Source: a virus. From it: a stretch of DNA of 64,000 nt. Under the pieces are notes generated by a model. That model was not told the DNA's origin, did no database searches, and worked only from the letters and a program-made list of their open reading frames with translations. Numbering within the stretch: position 1 is the stretch's first letter; each line of letters begins with the position of its first letter. A program made the position numbers and the translations under genes. Below are positions 1 through 8,900 of this stretch, one piece after another. The DNA lies in IMG/VR virus record IMGVR_UViG_3300010885_054390, positions 1 to 64,000 of that record. One strand, given 5' to 3'.

Positions 1-1482
1 AGGCTTCGTGCCAGTGCCGAACACTGCGCGATAATAGCCCACTAGGCCGTCCGGATTCGTCTCGCGATCCTTGATGTTGACCCACTTGAAGTCACCGCGA
101 TAGGACGGAGCATCGAAGTCCGCACCAGCAGGGGTGACCGAAGGAGCCTTCGGAACGAGGTACGAGCACACATCCTTATGATAGAGGATGGAGGCTTCGT
201 ACGGAGCCGCTTCGTAGGCAGGGTTAACATCCCAACGGTAGCCCTTCGTTGCCGAAGTGCTGCGGATGTAGGGATAGATACGCACGAATCCGGCGGTTGT
301 ATCAAGCTTGAACCGGGGGAGGTGCATATCGATGGCGTGGAAGAACCCGAAGTAGCTGCGCTCAATGCCCAAGGGAGCCAGAAGCTCATTGGGTTTGGCG
401 TAGCGTAGGTCGGTTGCCAGTTTTTCGCCGTTGCGAGTATACTGCCAGATGAGGTTTTCGCTGGTCTCTGCGCTTGTGACGAGCAAGAACACGGGAGCGC
501 CGTTTTCACGGCCCATCGCGTTCGTGGAGGCTCCATCCCGAATCATCGAGAGATAGAGCTTCTTGAGCGAAGCGTACTCGAGGTTTCCGATGGAAACGTC
601 ACCGGCGGTAACTACAGCACTTTTATACACTCCGTCGGCAATCTGGCCGGCGGTTGTAACGCCTGTGCCGCCTGAGGTGGTGCCCATTAGGGCATTTATT
701 TGCGTAGTTGCGGCGCCTGTGCCTGCGGTTCCGCCAAGGATAGTGCTACCACCAACGCCGGTAACCTGAAGGTTTTCAGCTTTGGTTGCGCCACTTCCGG
801 TAGCAACGAGTGAGGATATCGGCGAGCCGGTGGATGGCTTGATTGTCTTGGCAATGAATTTGTTGCCAGACAAACGGATGTACTCATCGCGATAGCGCTC
901 TTGCCAGATATAATTCGTGGCCTCGGAGAGGACACTCATCATATTGCTGAGCTGCTCCCGACGACGAACGGGGAACATCAAGTCGTTCAAACCGATGTCC
1001 GGAGACTCAATGGCGGCGTGCGCCAACGAGTACTTGCGGAGGGTCTGACCGAATCGGATGTTTCCGATCAACGGGGGGTTAATGTTGCTGCCCTGACTTC
1101 TTCCAGTTCCGATGCCGAAGCTGGTCTGATCATACACAACGTTAGCAGCATTGGGGCTGGCAGCCTCAGTCGGGTCTTGGTACTGCTGCGGGCTGAACTG
1201 TTCGTCAGTCAATGCAACACGACCGTTCGTGGGGTTGGATCGGAAGGTGGTGTCCGACCAGCCAAAGGGTTGAGCTTCTCCGGAAGAGTTGACGGCGTGC
1301 GGAAGAGACCGCTCGAAGGTCATCACAGAGACGGTATCACCCATCTCTTCGGGGAAGGTTTCGGTTGATTGTGAAGCGACCTTATTCCAGATCGAAGTGT
1401 CTACCGTACGGCGATAGATCTCTGGGCCGATGCGCCCAGCTTCACGAACTAGTAACTGTTCGATTTCATAGGTTGTAGCCAT
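1..1482 (-). CDS. Major capsid protein (3' end beyond left edge of window)
   Basis: Not in the ORF track because there is no stop in the window. ATG at 1482 reads MATTYEIEQLLVREAGRIGPEIYRRTVDTSIW; the same frame gives ERYRDEYIRLSGNK near 900 and YRGDFKWVNIKDRETNPDGLVGYYRAVFGTGTKP at the edge (segments translated by hand). Lies downstream of TerL-portal-scaffold and has its own promoter. Confidence 0.85.
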   Translation of the reverse strand, partial: MATTYEIEQLLVREAGRIGPEIYRRTVDTSIWNKVASQSTETFPEEMGDTVSVMTFERSLPHAVNSSGEAQPFGWSDTTFRSNPTNGRVALTDEQFSPQQYQDPTEAASPNAANVVYDQTSFGIGTGRSQGSNINPPLIGNIRFGQTLRKYSLAHAAIESPDIGLNDLMFPVRRREQLSNMMSVLSEATNYIWQERYRDEYIRLSGNKFIAKTIKPSTGSPISSLVATGSGATKAENLQVTGVGGSTILGGTAGTGAATTQINALMGTTSGGTGVTTAGQIADGVYKSAVVTAGDVSIGNLEYASLKKLYLSMIRDGASTNAMGRENGAPVFLLVTSAETSENLIWQYTRNGEKLATDLRYAKPNELLAPLGIERSYFGFFHAIDMHLPRFKLDTTAGFVRIYPYIRSTSATKGYRWDVNPAYEAAPYEASILYHKDVCSYLVPKAPSVTPAGADFDAPSYRGDFKWVNIKDRETNPDGLVGYYRAVFGTGTKP

Positions 1483-1723
1483 AATTTTAGTTTAAACGAG
1501 CCTCCCAGCTCATTCATTAAAACAAACTTCGGCCATTGGGGACAAAGTCCATTTTAAAAGTTTCGTAAGTTGATTTTGCCTCCCCCGGCATCAGGGAGCT
1601 TTTAATGCCCGTACACCATCAAAAGCCACTTCCATTTTTATAGGCCTAGAAGTAAACCGCGCTTCCGTTTTTGTAGCAATCTACTTCTAAGTACGAAGGT
1701 ATTAGACGCCGTAATAGTGTCAA
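1483..1723 (-). promoter_or_regulatory. Capsid promoter (TTGACA-N16-TACCTT) and ~210-nt structured 5' leader
   Basis: Minus strand TTGACActattacggcgtctaaTACCTT at 1723-1696. The leader has several complementary segments. Confidence 0.55.
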
Positions 1724-1852
1724 TAGGTATTTTAGACTATTTTTTCCGAAGCTTAGATTTCTTCTTTGGCTTGTGGCCAAAGGGGGCGGTCTTCCATAGG
1801 CCAAAGTTATTGAGCCGCAGCTTTTCTAAAAAGCTGATGAGCTTAGTTTTTT

Positions 1853-2578
1853 TCATGGATTCGGATAAAAGGGGTGAGCTAAGGAAGCCTTAGATGCTAG
1901 GGTTTGAAAGGTTTCTTCTGAAAATAGGGTCCCACTCTTCCCGTAATACCCCTTAGTTTTTGGGCAACGCCAATATGAAACTATTTCCGGGTGCTCTTTA
2001 ATTGGAATTTGTAGGGCTGAAGTAATTTCGCACATTAGAAACTCGGTTGAAATTAGTCCCCGCTCGATTCGATTGGTGGAGTTGAATCTTTTTGTCAGTT
2101 TAAACTTTTCGGTGAAATAAGCGTCGTCGCGAGACAAATCTGAGGATTCAATAGCATCAATAATGGAGGAATGGAATCCGCGAATTCCGTTTTGAATAAA
2201 AGTTGCATTCGGATGTCTTGCGCCAACAAAACAGCCAAACATCGTGGCTCGGAAGTCGGGATCAAGAGGAGTAATAAGTGGTCCGTTAACCTTAACGTCG
2301 GTATCTAGCTTAATCATGTAAGCAGTTGGATTCTTGCGGTAAACTTCAAAGACATTTCTCCAAAAACGAAATCCAAAATCTATTCCGTGGGAGTTATCGT
2401 AGTAATAATACTTAAAACCGTGCTTAAGGCAAAGACTCTGAATTCTTTCATCCGAGTCTCCGTCCGAAAGAACGGAAACATTGTGCAAAGGATAGTTGTG
2501 AGTTCGAAGTCCCTCGGAAAGAAGCTCGAGACGGTCGAAGTCTTTATAGGTTGTAATAATAAAAGAAATGTCGTTCAT
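1853..2578 (-). CDS. Glycosyltransferase, GT-A (family 2-like)
   Basis: N-terminal ISFIITTYKD, VLSDGDSD, and DxD motif KLDTD. Confidence 0.75.
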   Translation of the reverse strand: MNDISFIITTYKDFDRLELLSEGLRTHNYPLHNVSVLSDGDSDERIQSLCLKHGFKYYYYDNSHGIDFGFRFWRNVFEVYRKNPTAYMIKLDTDVKVNGPLITPLDPDFRATMFGCFVGARHPNATFIQNGIRGFHSSIIDAIESSDLSRDDAYFTEKFKLTKRFNSTNRIERGLISTEFLMCEITSALQIPIKEHPEIVSYWRCPKTKGYYGKSGTLFSEETFQTLASKASLAHPFYPNP

Positions 2579-2579
2579 G

Positions 2580-5468
2580 TTATAAGAGGTTATATTTAGC
2601 CTTTAAACTGTTAATGACACCGATTTCGTCCCGTTGGCTGAGCGAAGAATTGTACCAGATAAACTCTGTTAGATAGCCTGCGCCGCCGCTATTGGTTGAA
2701 TTTGCGGGGGAGCCTTCCCCGCTATAGGCGGAGGAGTTGAAAAGGGTAAGTTCATTCTCAAAGTTCGAGCCCACAGAATGAGGGCCAGAAAAGGTGTCTC
2801 GAATATCTCCGATTTCTTGGCCAATAAGATCACCATTTATACGGGTGTAGGCTCTTTTTTGAAGTGCGTTAACATTTACCGAAAAAATCTTAAAAGATAA
2901 GAACCCTTGCGGAGACTTGCCAGAGATACTGCCGAATGAATCAACAGGCTGCGCATATAAACCGTTATAGTGATCCGAAAAACCAACGGCAGATTTTAGA
3001 GGGACCCGTGCAGATAAACTTGCTTCGGCGGAGTTAAAGGTAGCGGCGTAATTATTATACTCCGCGGTCTGAATTTTTGGGAAGGCGATTAGGCCGGCAA
3101 ATTCTGAATAGGACCTATAGGAGGAGTTGAATATCTGAGAGCGCCCAGCGCTAAACAATATTCTACTGGAAATAGAATTTGTAATGTTTTCGAGTTGGGC
3201 AACCATAAAATAAGTGTAAGATCCGGTATTTAGGGATTGAGAAAAGCGGAATCGAGTCATATTCTTGTGCTGCCCAAATTCTGTCTTGTACGCGTATTGG
3301 ATTACGGGGTAGCCGTTCAATGGAAACTGAGCGATGGTCGGGTTTTGTATATCTCCGTTTCCGGTATTTGGTAAATTCAAAGAAGTAATATTGAGAGAGC
3401 CTTGACTCTGCCAACCTGTCACACGACGGTTAAGGCCCGTCCCGGTTGTGGTTACTCCGGCATCGGATTTCAACCAAATATAGGGTGTTGGCATGGCGGA
3501 TTGAGGAGAGACGATCACTCCGGAATGTCCGGAAGACAAGTCTTTATAGGGCCAAGCGCGATCAATATAAAATTTTAGTTGTCCTGTGACCCCAGTGGCA
3601 AGAATCCATTGATCTACTTTTAGGGGGAGAATTTGTAGCCAAGTATCGTTAGTCCCATAAGGCCGGGAAGCTATTTCGGTGAAGCTTCCATTTGTGGCTA
3701 TAACATAAAGGCGCATAAATTGTAATCCTTCTGGACCACCACCACCCGGATAGTCTTCTTGATCAGCAAAAACAATAAACGTTTTTCCGTCGGATTGCCC
3801 AGACCACGAGCTGCGCCCATAGTCGCCCCCTTTGTATAGAAGGATTGCTCTAGTCGTGTAGTCGCCAGAAGCCGTTGAATTAAAGCCGTTGATGGCAATA
3901 ATTTTTTGGGTATACGGAATTTCGGAGGTGGCTAGGGTTGGTCCGGTAATAAGAAATGAAGAATCATACTGTCCGCTAGAGTTATTCCAGCGGGCAGTCG
4001 GAAGAGTATTTAAGGTGCTCTGATTGTACGAGCCTGCGGGCTCGGTTTGGTCGCCATTCCAGAAGGTCCAATTGCTGGTATACAGTGGGGAAGCTAAGGA
4101 AGAATAATTAGAGCCTCGTTGGGAATAAAACCCGGGAGTTGAAGTTAGGTCGTAAAAGCCGTCGTAATATGCATACGGGGCGGCGTTGCCTTCAGCGTAA
4201 ACTATGGGCGGAATGGCTGGGAGTGATGTTGCAATTCCGTATTTATCCCCAAGATATTTTTCAACTTTTTGGCGCTCGGAGGCTGAGAGAACTCTGTTGT
4301 AGACTATTGTTTCCGCTAGGTTGAATCCCCCGCCACCGCCGCCAATCTGGGAATTGGCATCAATGCCAATCTGGCTTTGGCGGTCACCGCTTCCGGTAAG
4401 AACTCCATTCAAATATATAGAAGCTGTGGAGGCGTTGAACGTTGTTGCGAGTATATAATTTGTATCGTTTTCGGGGAAAACATTTGAATACGTCCGTTCG
4501 GACCCTGAAGTGTTTTCTACGTAGAGATCGTTCGGGGCGGCCCTACTAAAACTAAAATTACCGCCTTCACCTTCCTCGTAAAATAAAACCGAATTACTTG
4601 GAGTGGCGAAATAATTAAATCTGACAACGGAAAATATTGTTCCGATAAATTCAGTTTCGGGCCAAATTGTAGATTGCAAATTTAATCTTGCGTTAGGTCT
4701 AAAATCAACAAAAGACTGGTTTCCGATGATAGTGGGGGCAGCTATTCCGTATTCTTGGGGATCTCCTGTGACTGTCCTCGAAGATCCGCTCTGATCCTCC
4801 CAACTTGTTACGGAATTCACGCTTGGGGCAGTGCTGTAGGGGCTGCCCATATTATTTCTTGCAGAAGTTGAATTTGTTGCGGTTATGCTTCCGCCGTCAT
4901 CTGTCGCGTACCAACCTCCGGGGGAAAGCGAAAGGTCATCGTTTCTGTACGAGTCGTTACCTAGTACCCACCTAGGTCCTTCGTTGTCGTCAAAATATAT
5001 CTGATAACCAGCACCAGAAGTCTTGGTAAATGGAGCAAAAGGATCAAGTGAATCTGATCTAATATATGTTCCGTTGTAAAAAGAAAGTCCGGCATTTGAA
5101 ATTATTATTGCTCTCAAATAATTGCCGCGAGTCCAAAAGCCTTGGAAATTGCTGTTTGAAATAGTGGCTAGAATCGTTCCGGGGTCATCGGAATTTATGA
5201 GCTGACCGCTAAAATTAATATTATAATTGCCGTTCCAATAGCCGTCGGGTTCTCTAGTGTAGGTACCGTTAAGTTCGTTATAGTTCGCGCCGAATCCAGA
5301 AAGAATGATCTGCGGGATAAAGTTAGTGGAGGTTACTCCGGCGTCGGCCTTCAACCAAAGAGACAGGCCTGCCTTGGGAATAATTGGTTGCTCTAAGGAA
5401 ATAACCTTACGATTTGATTTTGTTGGCTGAGCAAAAAGCCCGGTAAGATTAGGTCCAAATATAGGCAT
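2580..5468 (-). CDS. Virion surface/adhesion protein with two LamG/ConA-like domains
   Basis: Twice (L/I)WLK(A/S)DAGVT...V(T)xWxxQ, ending LAETIVYNRVLSASERQKVEKYLGDKYG and LTEFIWYNSSLSQRDEIGVINSLKAKY. Confidence 0.7.
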   Translation of the reverse strand: MPIFGPNLTGLFAQPTKSNRKVISLEQPIIPKAGLSLWLKADAGVTSTNFIPQIILSGFGANYNELNGTYTREPDGYWNGNYNINFSGQLINSDDPGTILATISNSNFQGFWTRGNYLRAIIISNAGLSFYNGTYIRSDSLDPFAPFTKTSGAGYQIYFDDNEGPRWVLGNDSYRNDDLSLSPGGWYATDDGGSITATNSTSARNNMGSPYSTAPSVNSVTSWEDQSGSSRTVTGDPQEYGIAAPTIIGNQSFVDFRPNARLNLQSTIWPETEFIGTIFSVVRFNYFATPSNSVLFYEEGEGGNFSFSRAAPNDLYVENTSGSERTYSNVFPENDTNYILATTFNASTASIYLNGVLTGSGDRQSQIGIDANSQIGGGGGGFNLAETIVYNRVLSASERQKVEKYLGDKYGIATSLPAIPPIVYAEGNAAPYAYYDGFYDLTSTPGFYSQRGSNYSSLASPLYTSNWTFWNGDQTEPAGSYNQSTLNTLPTARWNNSSGQYDSSFLITGPTLATSEIPYTQKIIAINGFNSTASGDYTTRAILLYKGGDYGRSSWSGQSDGKTFIVFADQEDYPGGGGPEGLQFMRLYVIATNGSFTEIASRPYGTNDTWLQILPLKVDQWILATGVTGQLKFYIDRAWPYKDLSSGHSGVIVSPQSAMPTPYIWLKSDAGVTTTGTGLNRRVTGWQSQGSLNITSLNLPNTGNGDIQNPTIAQFPLNGYPVIQYAYKTEFGQHKNMTRFRFSQSLNTGSYTYFMVAQLENITNSISSRILFSAGRSQIFNSSYRSYSEFAGLIAFPKIQTAEYNNYAATFNSAEASLSARVPLKSAVGFSDHYNGLYAQPVDSFGSISGKSPQGFLSFKIFSVNVNALQKRAYTRINGDLIGQEIGDIRDTFSGPHSVGSNFENELTLFNSSAYSGEGSPANSTNSGGAGYLTEFIWYNSSLSQRDEIGVINSLKAKYNLL

Positions 5469-5499
5469 TAAGATAGTCCCGAGTTTCGGGTTCTCCGAC

Positions 5500-7308
5500 C
5501 TACGAAGTGTAGGCTTCTAGGATGTAGTACGGCTTAGATGCGGCAGAACAAACAAGGTTGAGGCTACTTGCTGGAACATAAGTGCCTTCAAAGCTTACGC
5601 CTCCGCCATTTGCGGGAAGAAGCATTGTGCTCGCGGATGCTGCGGCTCCAAAGTTAAGATTCATATTAGTGTCCGAAAGATTTTGAATAACTAGGTATTT
5701 GCGATTGGCGCGAGCGGCCAAGACCGAGACGCTTGTATTTGCGGTAGCTGATGAATTACCAGTTACAATATTTTCGGTTGCTGTGCCGGGGGCGATGTCA
5801 ACCTTGACTGCGGTAGTGTTGCCACCAAGAACGTTTACCGAGCCAATGGTGTTTGATCCGGTGGGTAAAGATGGAAGAGTGGAAACAACTCCAACATCAA
5901 CACGTCCAACTACTCTTCTTGTGCTTGGATTCCCGGGTAAGGAGAAGGCCATCAGGGGGTCAACAGACTTATAAGAAGTAAATCTGTATCTCCACCCACC
6001 GGATGCGCCGGCTGGTATATTAAGTCGGATATAGCGATAGGAGTTCTGTGTCGATGAGCCGGGTGTGGCTTGCTGCAACGGAACTATAAAACGTCCGGAA
6101 TAAACAGATCGTGATCCGCCAAATAAAGATGTTGCGGTTACGTTTTTATAACTATAGGCGTCTGTTGTGCTCGTAGCCGGAAGGTCGTAGTACGTCGAAA
6201 AGCCATTCGATAAGTTGCCGGCGTCCCACGTCGAGTTATTAGTAGACAAATCGTAGTACAAAGCTCCGGAGGCTCCGGCTCCCGTCAGCGAAATTACAAC
6301 GTAGTCGGCATTCGCCCCAGCATCGAAGGAAGCTGATTGTACGGCTGAGCCTGAAGACGAAAGAACCGTAACAGAGCCAGTGTTAATGATGTAATCGTCG
6401 ATTGGCTGAGTTTCTCTTGTTGGTTGAGTAACTCCCGATCCGTCTACAAGCAAGCGGGTTGAACTTACAGTAAGATTTGAGGGTATCTTTGTATTTACTG
6501 AGCTTAGGGTTGTTTCGGAGGAAGCTCCCGTTGGAAGGGGAAGGGTAGTCGCAAAGACGAGTTGGCCGAAGTTAGATGATGATCTAGGATTAAGTGTATA
6601 GGAATAAGCCCAAGTACCTGACATTCCCGATCCGGCTACTCTGAGTCTAAAATACCTTGCGCCGGCCAAAGCTAGTTTATAAAACCCAGCTGAGCCGATA
6701 TTTTGTACAGGAGATGAAAGACTACCGGAAAGTGGTAATGCGGCCTGAGTAACAAAGGTTGAATTATCGTTTGATACTTGGAATTGGGCGAGACCTACCA
6801 TTGGAAAATCGGTAAATTGAACCATTATTTCAGAAAATCCGCTTACATCAATTGACGATATAATATCCGTACCAACCGCAGAGGTTCCGGGGAGAGTGCC
6901 GGAGCCAGTTGTTAGGCTCTGGTTGTTTGCAGTCACAGTTCCACTAATTGGCTGGGTCGCCTGCCAGAAGGTTCCGGTGACTGGCGTGGTAGGAGCGGTG
7001 GCCAAAGAAACGGGTTGGGTGGCTTGCCAGAAGGTTCCGGTTACGGCGAGACTTGCGTTTTGAACGCTTACGTTCTGAGAGCTTGGAAATGTAACGCTGA
7101 TATTTTCTAGGGCTGCAAGGCTTGTTGCACCAAGTTCGACTGTGCCATCTACGGTGAGAGAACTATTGTTATCGCTTACGGGTATGGGGCTGTTCTCGGA
7201 GTTTTTAATCTCAACTTCGTTAGTGACCGTGACTGGACCAGTAATGGTGGCGGAGCCGGTTTTCGCCGCGATTTCTTCGAGGTAATCTATCTCATTTTTA
7301 CGTGGCAT
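5500..7308 (-). CDS. Ser/Thr-rich virion structural (decoration/fibre) protein
   Basis: VTGTFWQATQP repeat x2, VDGSGVTQP, C-terminal beta domain (ANRKYLVIQNLSD); own upstream promoter. Confidence 0.55.
   Translation of the reverse strand: MPRKNEIDYLEEIAAKTGSATITGPVTVTNEVEIKNSENSPIPVSDNNSSLTVDGTVELGATSLAALENISVTFPSSQNVSVQNASLAVTGTFWQATQPVSLATAPTTPVTGTFWQATQPISGTVTANNQSLTTGSGTLPGTSAVGTDIISSIDVSGFSEIMVQFTDFPMVGLAQFQVSNDNSTFVTQAALPLSGSLSSPVQNIGSAGFYKLALAGARYFRLRVAGSGMSGTWAYSYTLNPRSSSNFGQLVFATTLPLPTGASSETTLSSVNTKIPSNLTVSSTRLLVDGSGVTQPTRETQPIDDYIINTGSVTVLSSSGSAVQSASFDAGANADYVVISLTGAGASGALYYDLSTNNSTWDAGNLSNGFSTYYDLPATSTTDAYSYKNVTATSLFGGSRSVYSGRFIVPLQQATPGSSTQNSYRYIRLNIPAGASGGWRYRFTSYKSVDPLMAFSLPGNPSTRRVVGRVDVGVVSTLPSLPTGSNTIGSVNVLGGNTTAVKVDIAPGTATENIVTGNSSATANTSVSVLAARANRKYLVIQNLSDTNMNLNFGAAASASTMLLPANGGGVSFEGTYVPASSLNLVCSAASKPYYILEAYTS
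6949..7044 (-). repeat. Intragenic duplication encoding VTGTFWQATQP(V/I)S
   Basis: Two copies of tgccagaaggttccggt about 63 bp apart. Confidence 0.8.
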
Positions 7309-7342
7309 AAAATTAAATTATAGGGGGTAAGATTTTTGTCAA
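7309..7342 (-). promoter_or_regulatory. Sigma70-like promoter, probably leaderless transcript
   Basis: TTGACA-N16-TAATTT-N6-ATG (a TATAAT also sits at N14). Confidence 0.6.
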
Positions 7343-7347
7343 CACCT

Positions 7348-8541
7348 CTATCGAAGTCCGGCCTCCAAGGCTGCGACTAGGCCCAAGCTCTTGTCTAGAG
7401 GCTCGGAGGCATTCGCGCCATTCCCAGCAGAGGCGGGGCCACTCGAGGGGGAGGCGGAAACGTACTTCTGTAGCTGTGCCCGAAGATTGGAAATTTCCTC
7501 ATTCGACTTTGAGACGTAGGTGTCAAACATTTGCCGCATAACTGGGAAGCTGACGGCCTGCATTGTTAGCTGGGCCTTTTGCTTCGGGGTAAGCTCAGTG
7601 TTTTCGACGGTAAGAGCTGTGTTATAGATCTGCTCTAAGGACTTGTTCCATCCTTCGTTGTCATTGGACTTCCGGAAGTAGGCAGGGCCATTCTCGGTGA
7701 AGTCACGGAAGGTTTCTTGGTAGCTGCGGAGGGTTTCGCTTTGGTTGCGCTCTTGAATCTCTTTAGCGGTCCGTTCCCTCTGCTCTTCCATGACTTTCAT
7801 CGTTGTGGAGATGTCTCTTCGGAGCTCAGAGTCTTTGTTTTTGAGCTCTAAGAGATTATCAATGGCCTTGCGGGCATCAAAGGCGTCACTTTGGCTTAGC
7901 TCTTTTGTAATAGAGTTAATCTTCTTACGGCGCTCGACGGGATCTTCAATGGCTGCTGCCTTCAAAAAGGCGTCGGCCTCTAAGTCATTTGCCTTTGCCA
8001 AAACTTCAAGCTCGCCCATAAGACGTCCCTTTGGGACTAAGATCTGGTCATTGTACTCGGGGCTTGCCTCTAGGTTAATAGTCTTTAGGCGGGATTCGTA
8101 GTCTTCAATGCGTTTCTGGTACTTTGCAATCTCTTCCGAGTCAACGGACTTTGACTGCTTGGTCTCAAGCTCTGCAATCTTGGATTCAAAGCTCTTTACT
8201 CGTTCCCGTTCGCTCTTTAGGTCGCTAGTAATCTTTTGGAAGGCTGCGCTAACCGCTGGATTTGCATCCTTGGGAAGGGCTGGCTCCTCAACTAATGGCT
8301 TGGTTTCCTTCGCAGCGACTTCTTTTTTAAACAAATCAGGGAGAGCTTCAATCTTTGGGTCAAATTCATTCCCGGCGGTAGGCTGTTTAACCGCTTCGTT
8401 GGCGGCCTTTTGAGTTTCGGGAGCTGGGGCTGTGACGGAGGTTGCTACCGGAGCTGGGGCTTCTGCGGCTGGCTTAACAGCGTTATCAATTTCAGAGCCG
8501 ATAAGATCGGCAAAAGAGGCAATCGGGGTTTCAGAAGCCAT
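7348..8541 (-). CDS. Capsid scaffolding protein (putative)
   Basis: Pro/Ala-rich N terminus, long coiled coil, flexible C-terminal tail; lies between portal and capsid. Confidence 0.65.
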   Translation of the reverse strand: MASETPIASFADLIGSEIDNAVKPAAEAPAPVATSVTAPAPETQKAANEAVKQPTAGNEFDPKIEALPDLFKKEVAAKETKPLVEEPALPKDANPAVSAAFQKITSDLKSERERVKSFESKIAELETKQSKSVDSEEIAKYQKRIEDYESRLKTINLEASPEYNDQILVPKGRLMGELEVLAKANDLEADAFLKAAAIEDPVERRKKINSITKELSQSDAFDARKAIDNLLELKNKDSELRRDISTTMKVMEEQRERTAKEIQERNQSETLRSYQETFRDFTENGPAYFRKSNDNEGWNKSLEQIYNTALTVENTELTPKQKAQLTMQAVSFPVMRQMFDTYVSKSNEEISNLRAQLQKYVSASPSSGPASAGNGANASEPLDKSLGLVAALEAGLR

Positions 8542-8558
8542 TTGAGTTTATCTCCTTG

Positions 8559-8855
8559 TTAGGTGGTTGTTTCTTGTACTGTTGAGGGTGTCCAAGGTTC
8601 GGATTCTTCCACTGCCTCGGGACGATTCTTTGTCATAGACAAAACTTCAAGATTGCGAAGGGCGTCGTAGTAGCCTTCTCTACGAGCATTTAAAAGTGCA
8701 TTATGCTCAATGTAGGTAACTCCGCTCTGGGGAAGCTGTACATTTCTGGGTTGACCTACATTCTTAAGAAGGGTCAGTGCTTCTTGAATAATTGGAGATT
8801 GGAGGGCTACCCGAAGCTCTTCGGGCTTAACTGTGGCAAACCATTCGTTTAACAT
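8559..8855 (-). CDS. Small head-module protein
   Basis: 98 aa between portal and scaffold; ARREGY motif; TTGACC upstream. Confidence 0.6.
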   Translation of the reverse strand: MLNEWFATVKPEELRVALQSPIIQEALTLLKNVGQPRNVQLPQSGVTYIEHNALLNARREGYYDALRNLEVLSMTKNRPEAVEESEPWTPSTVQETTT

Positions 8856-8900
8856 GAGTTATGTTTTGGATTATTTTTGAAAATTGGTCAAGCTAAATTT

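Noticed and set aside
42-1368. Track ORFs at 42-536, 178-408, 563-769, 696-935 and 901-1368
   Set aside because: Shadow frames of the major capsid gene running 1482 to <1 on the minus strand.
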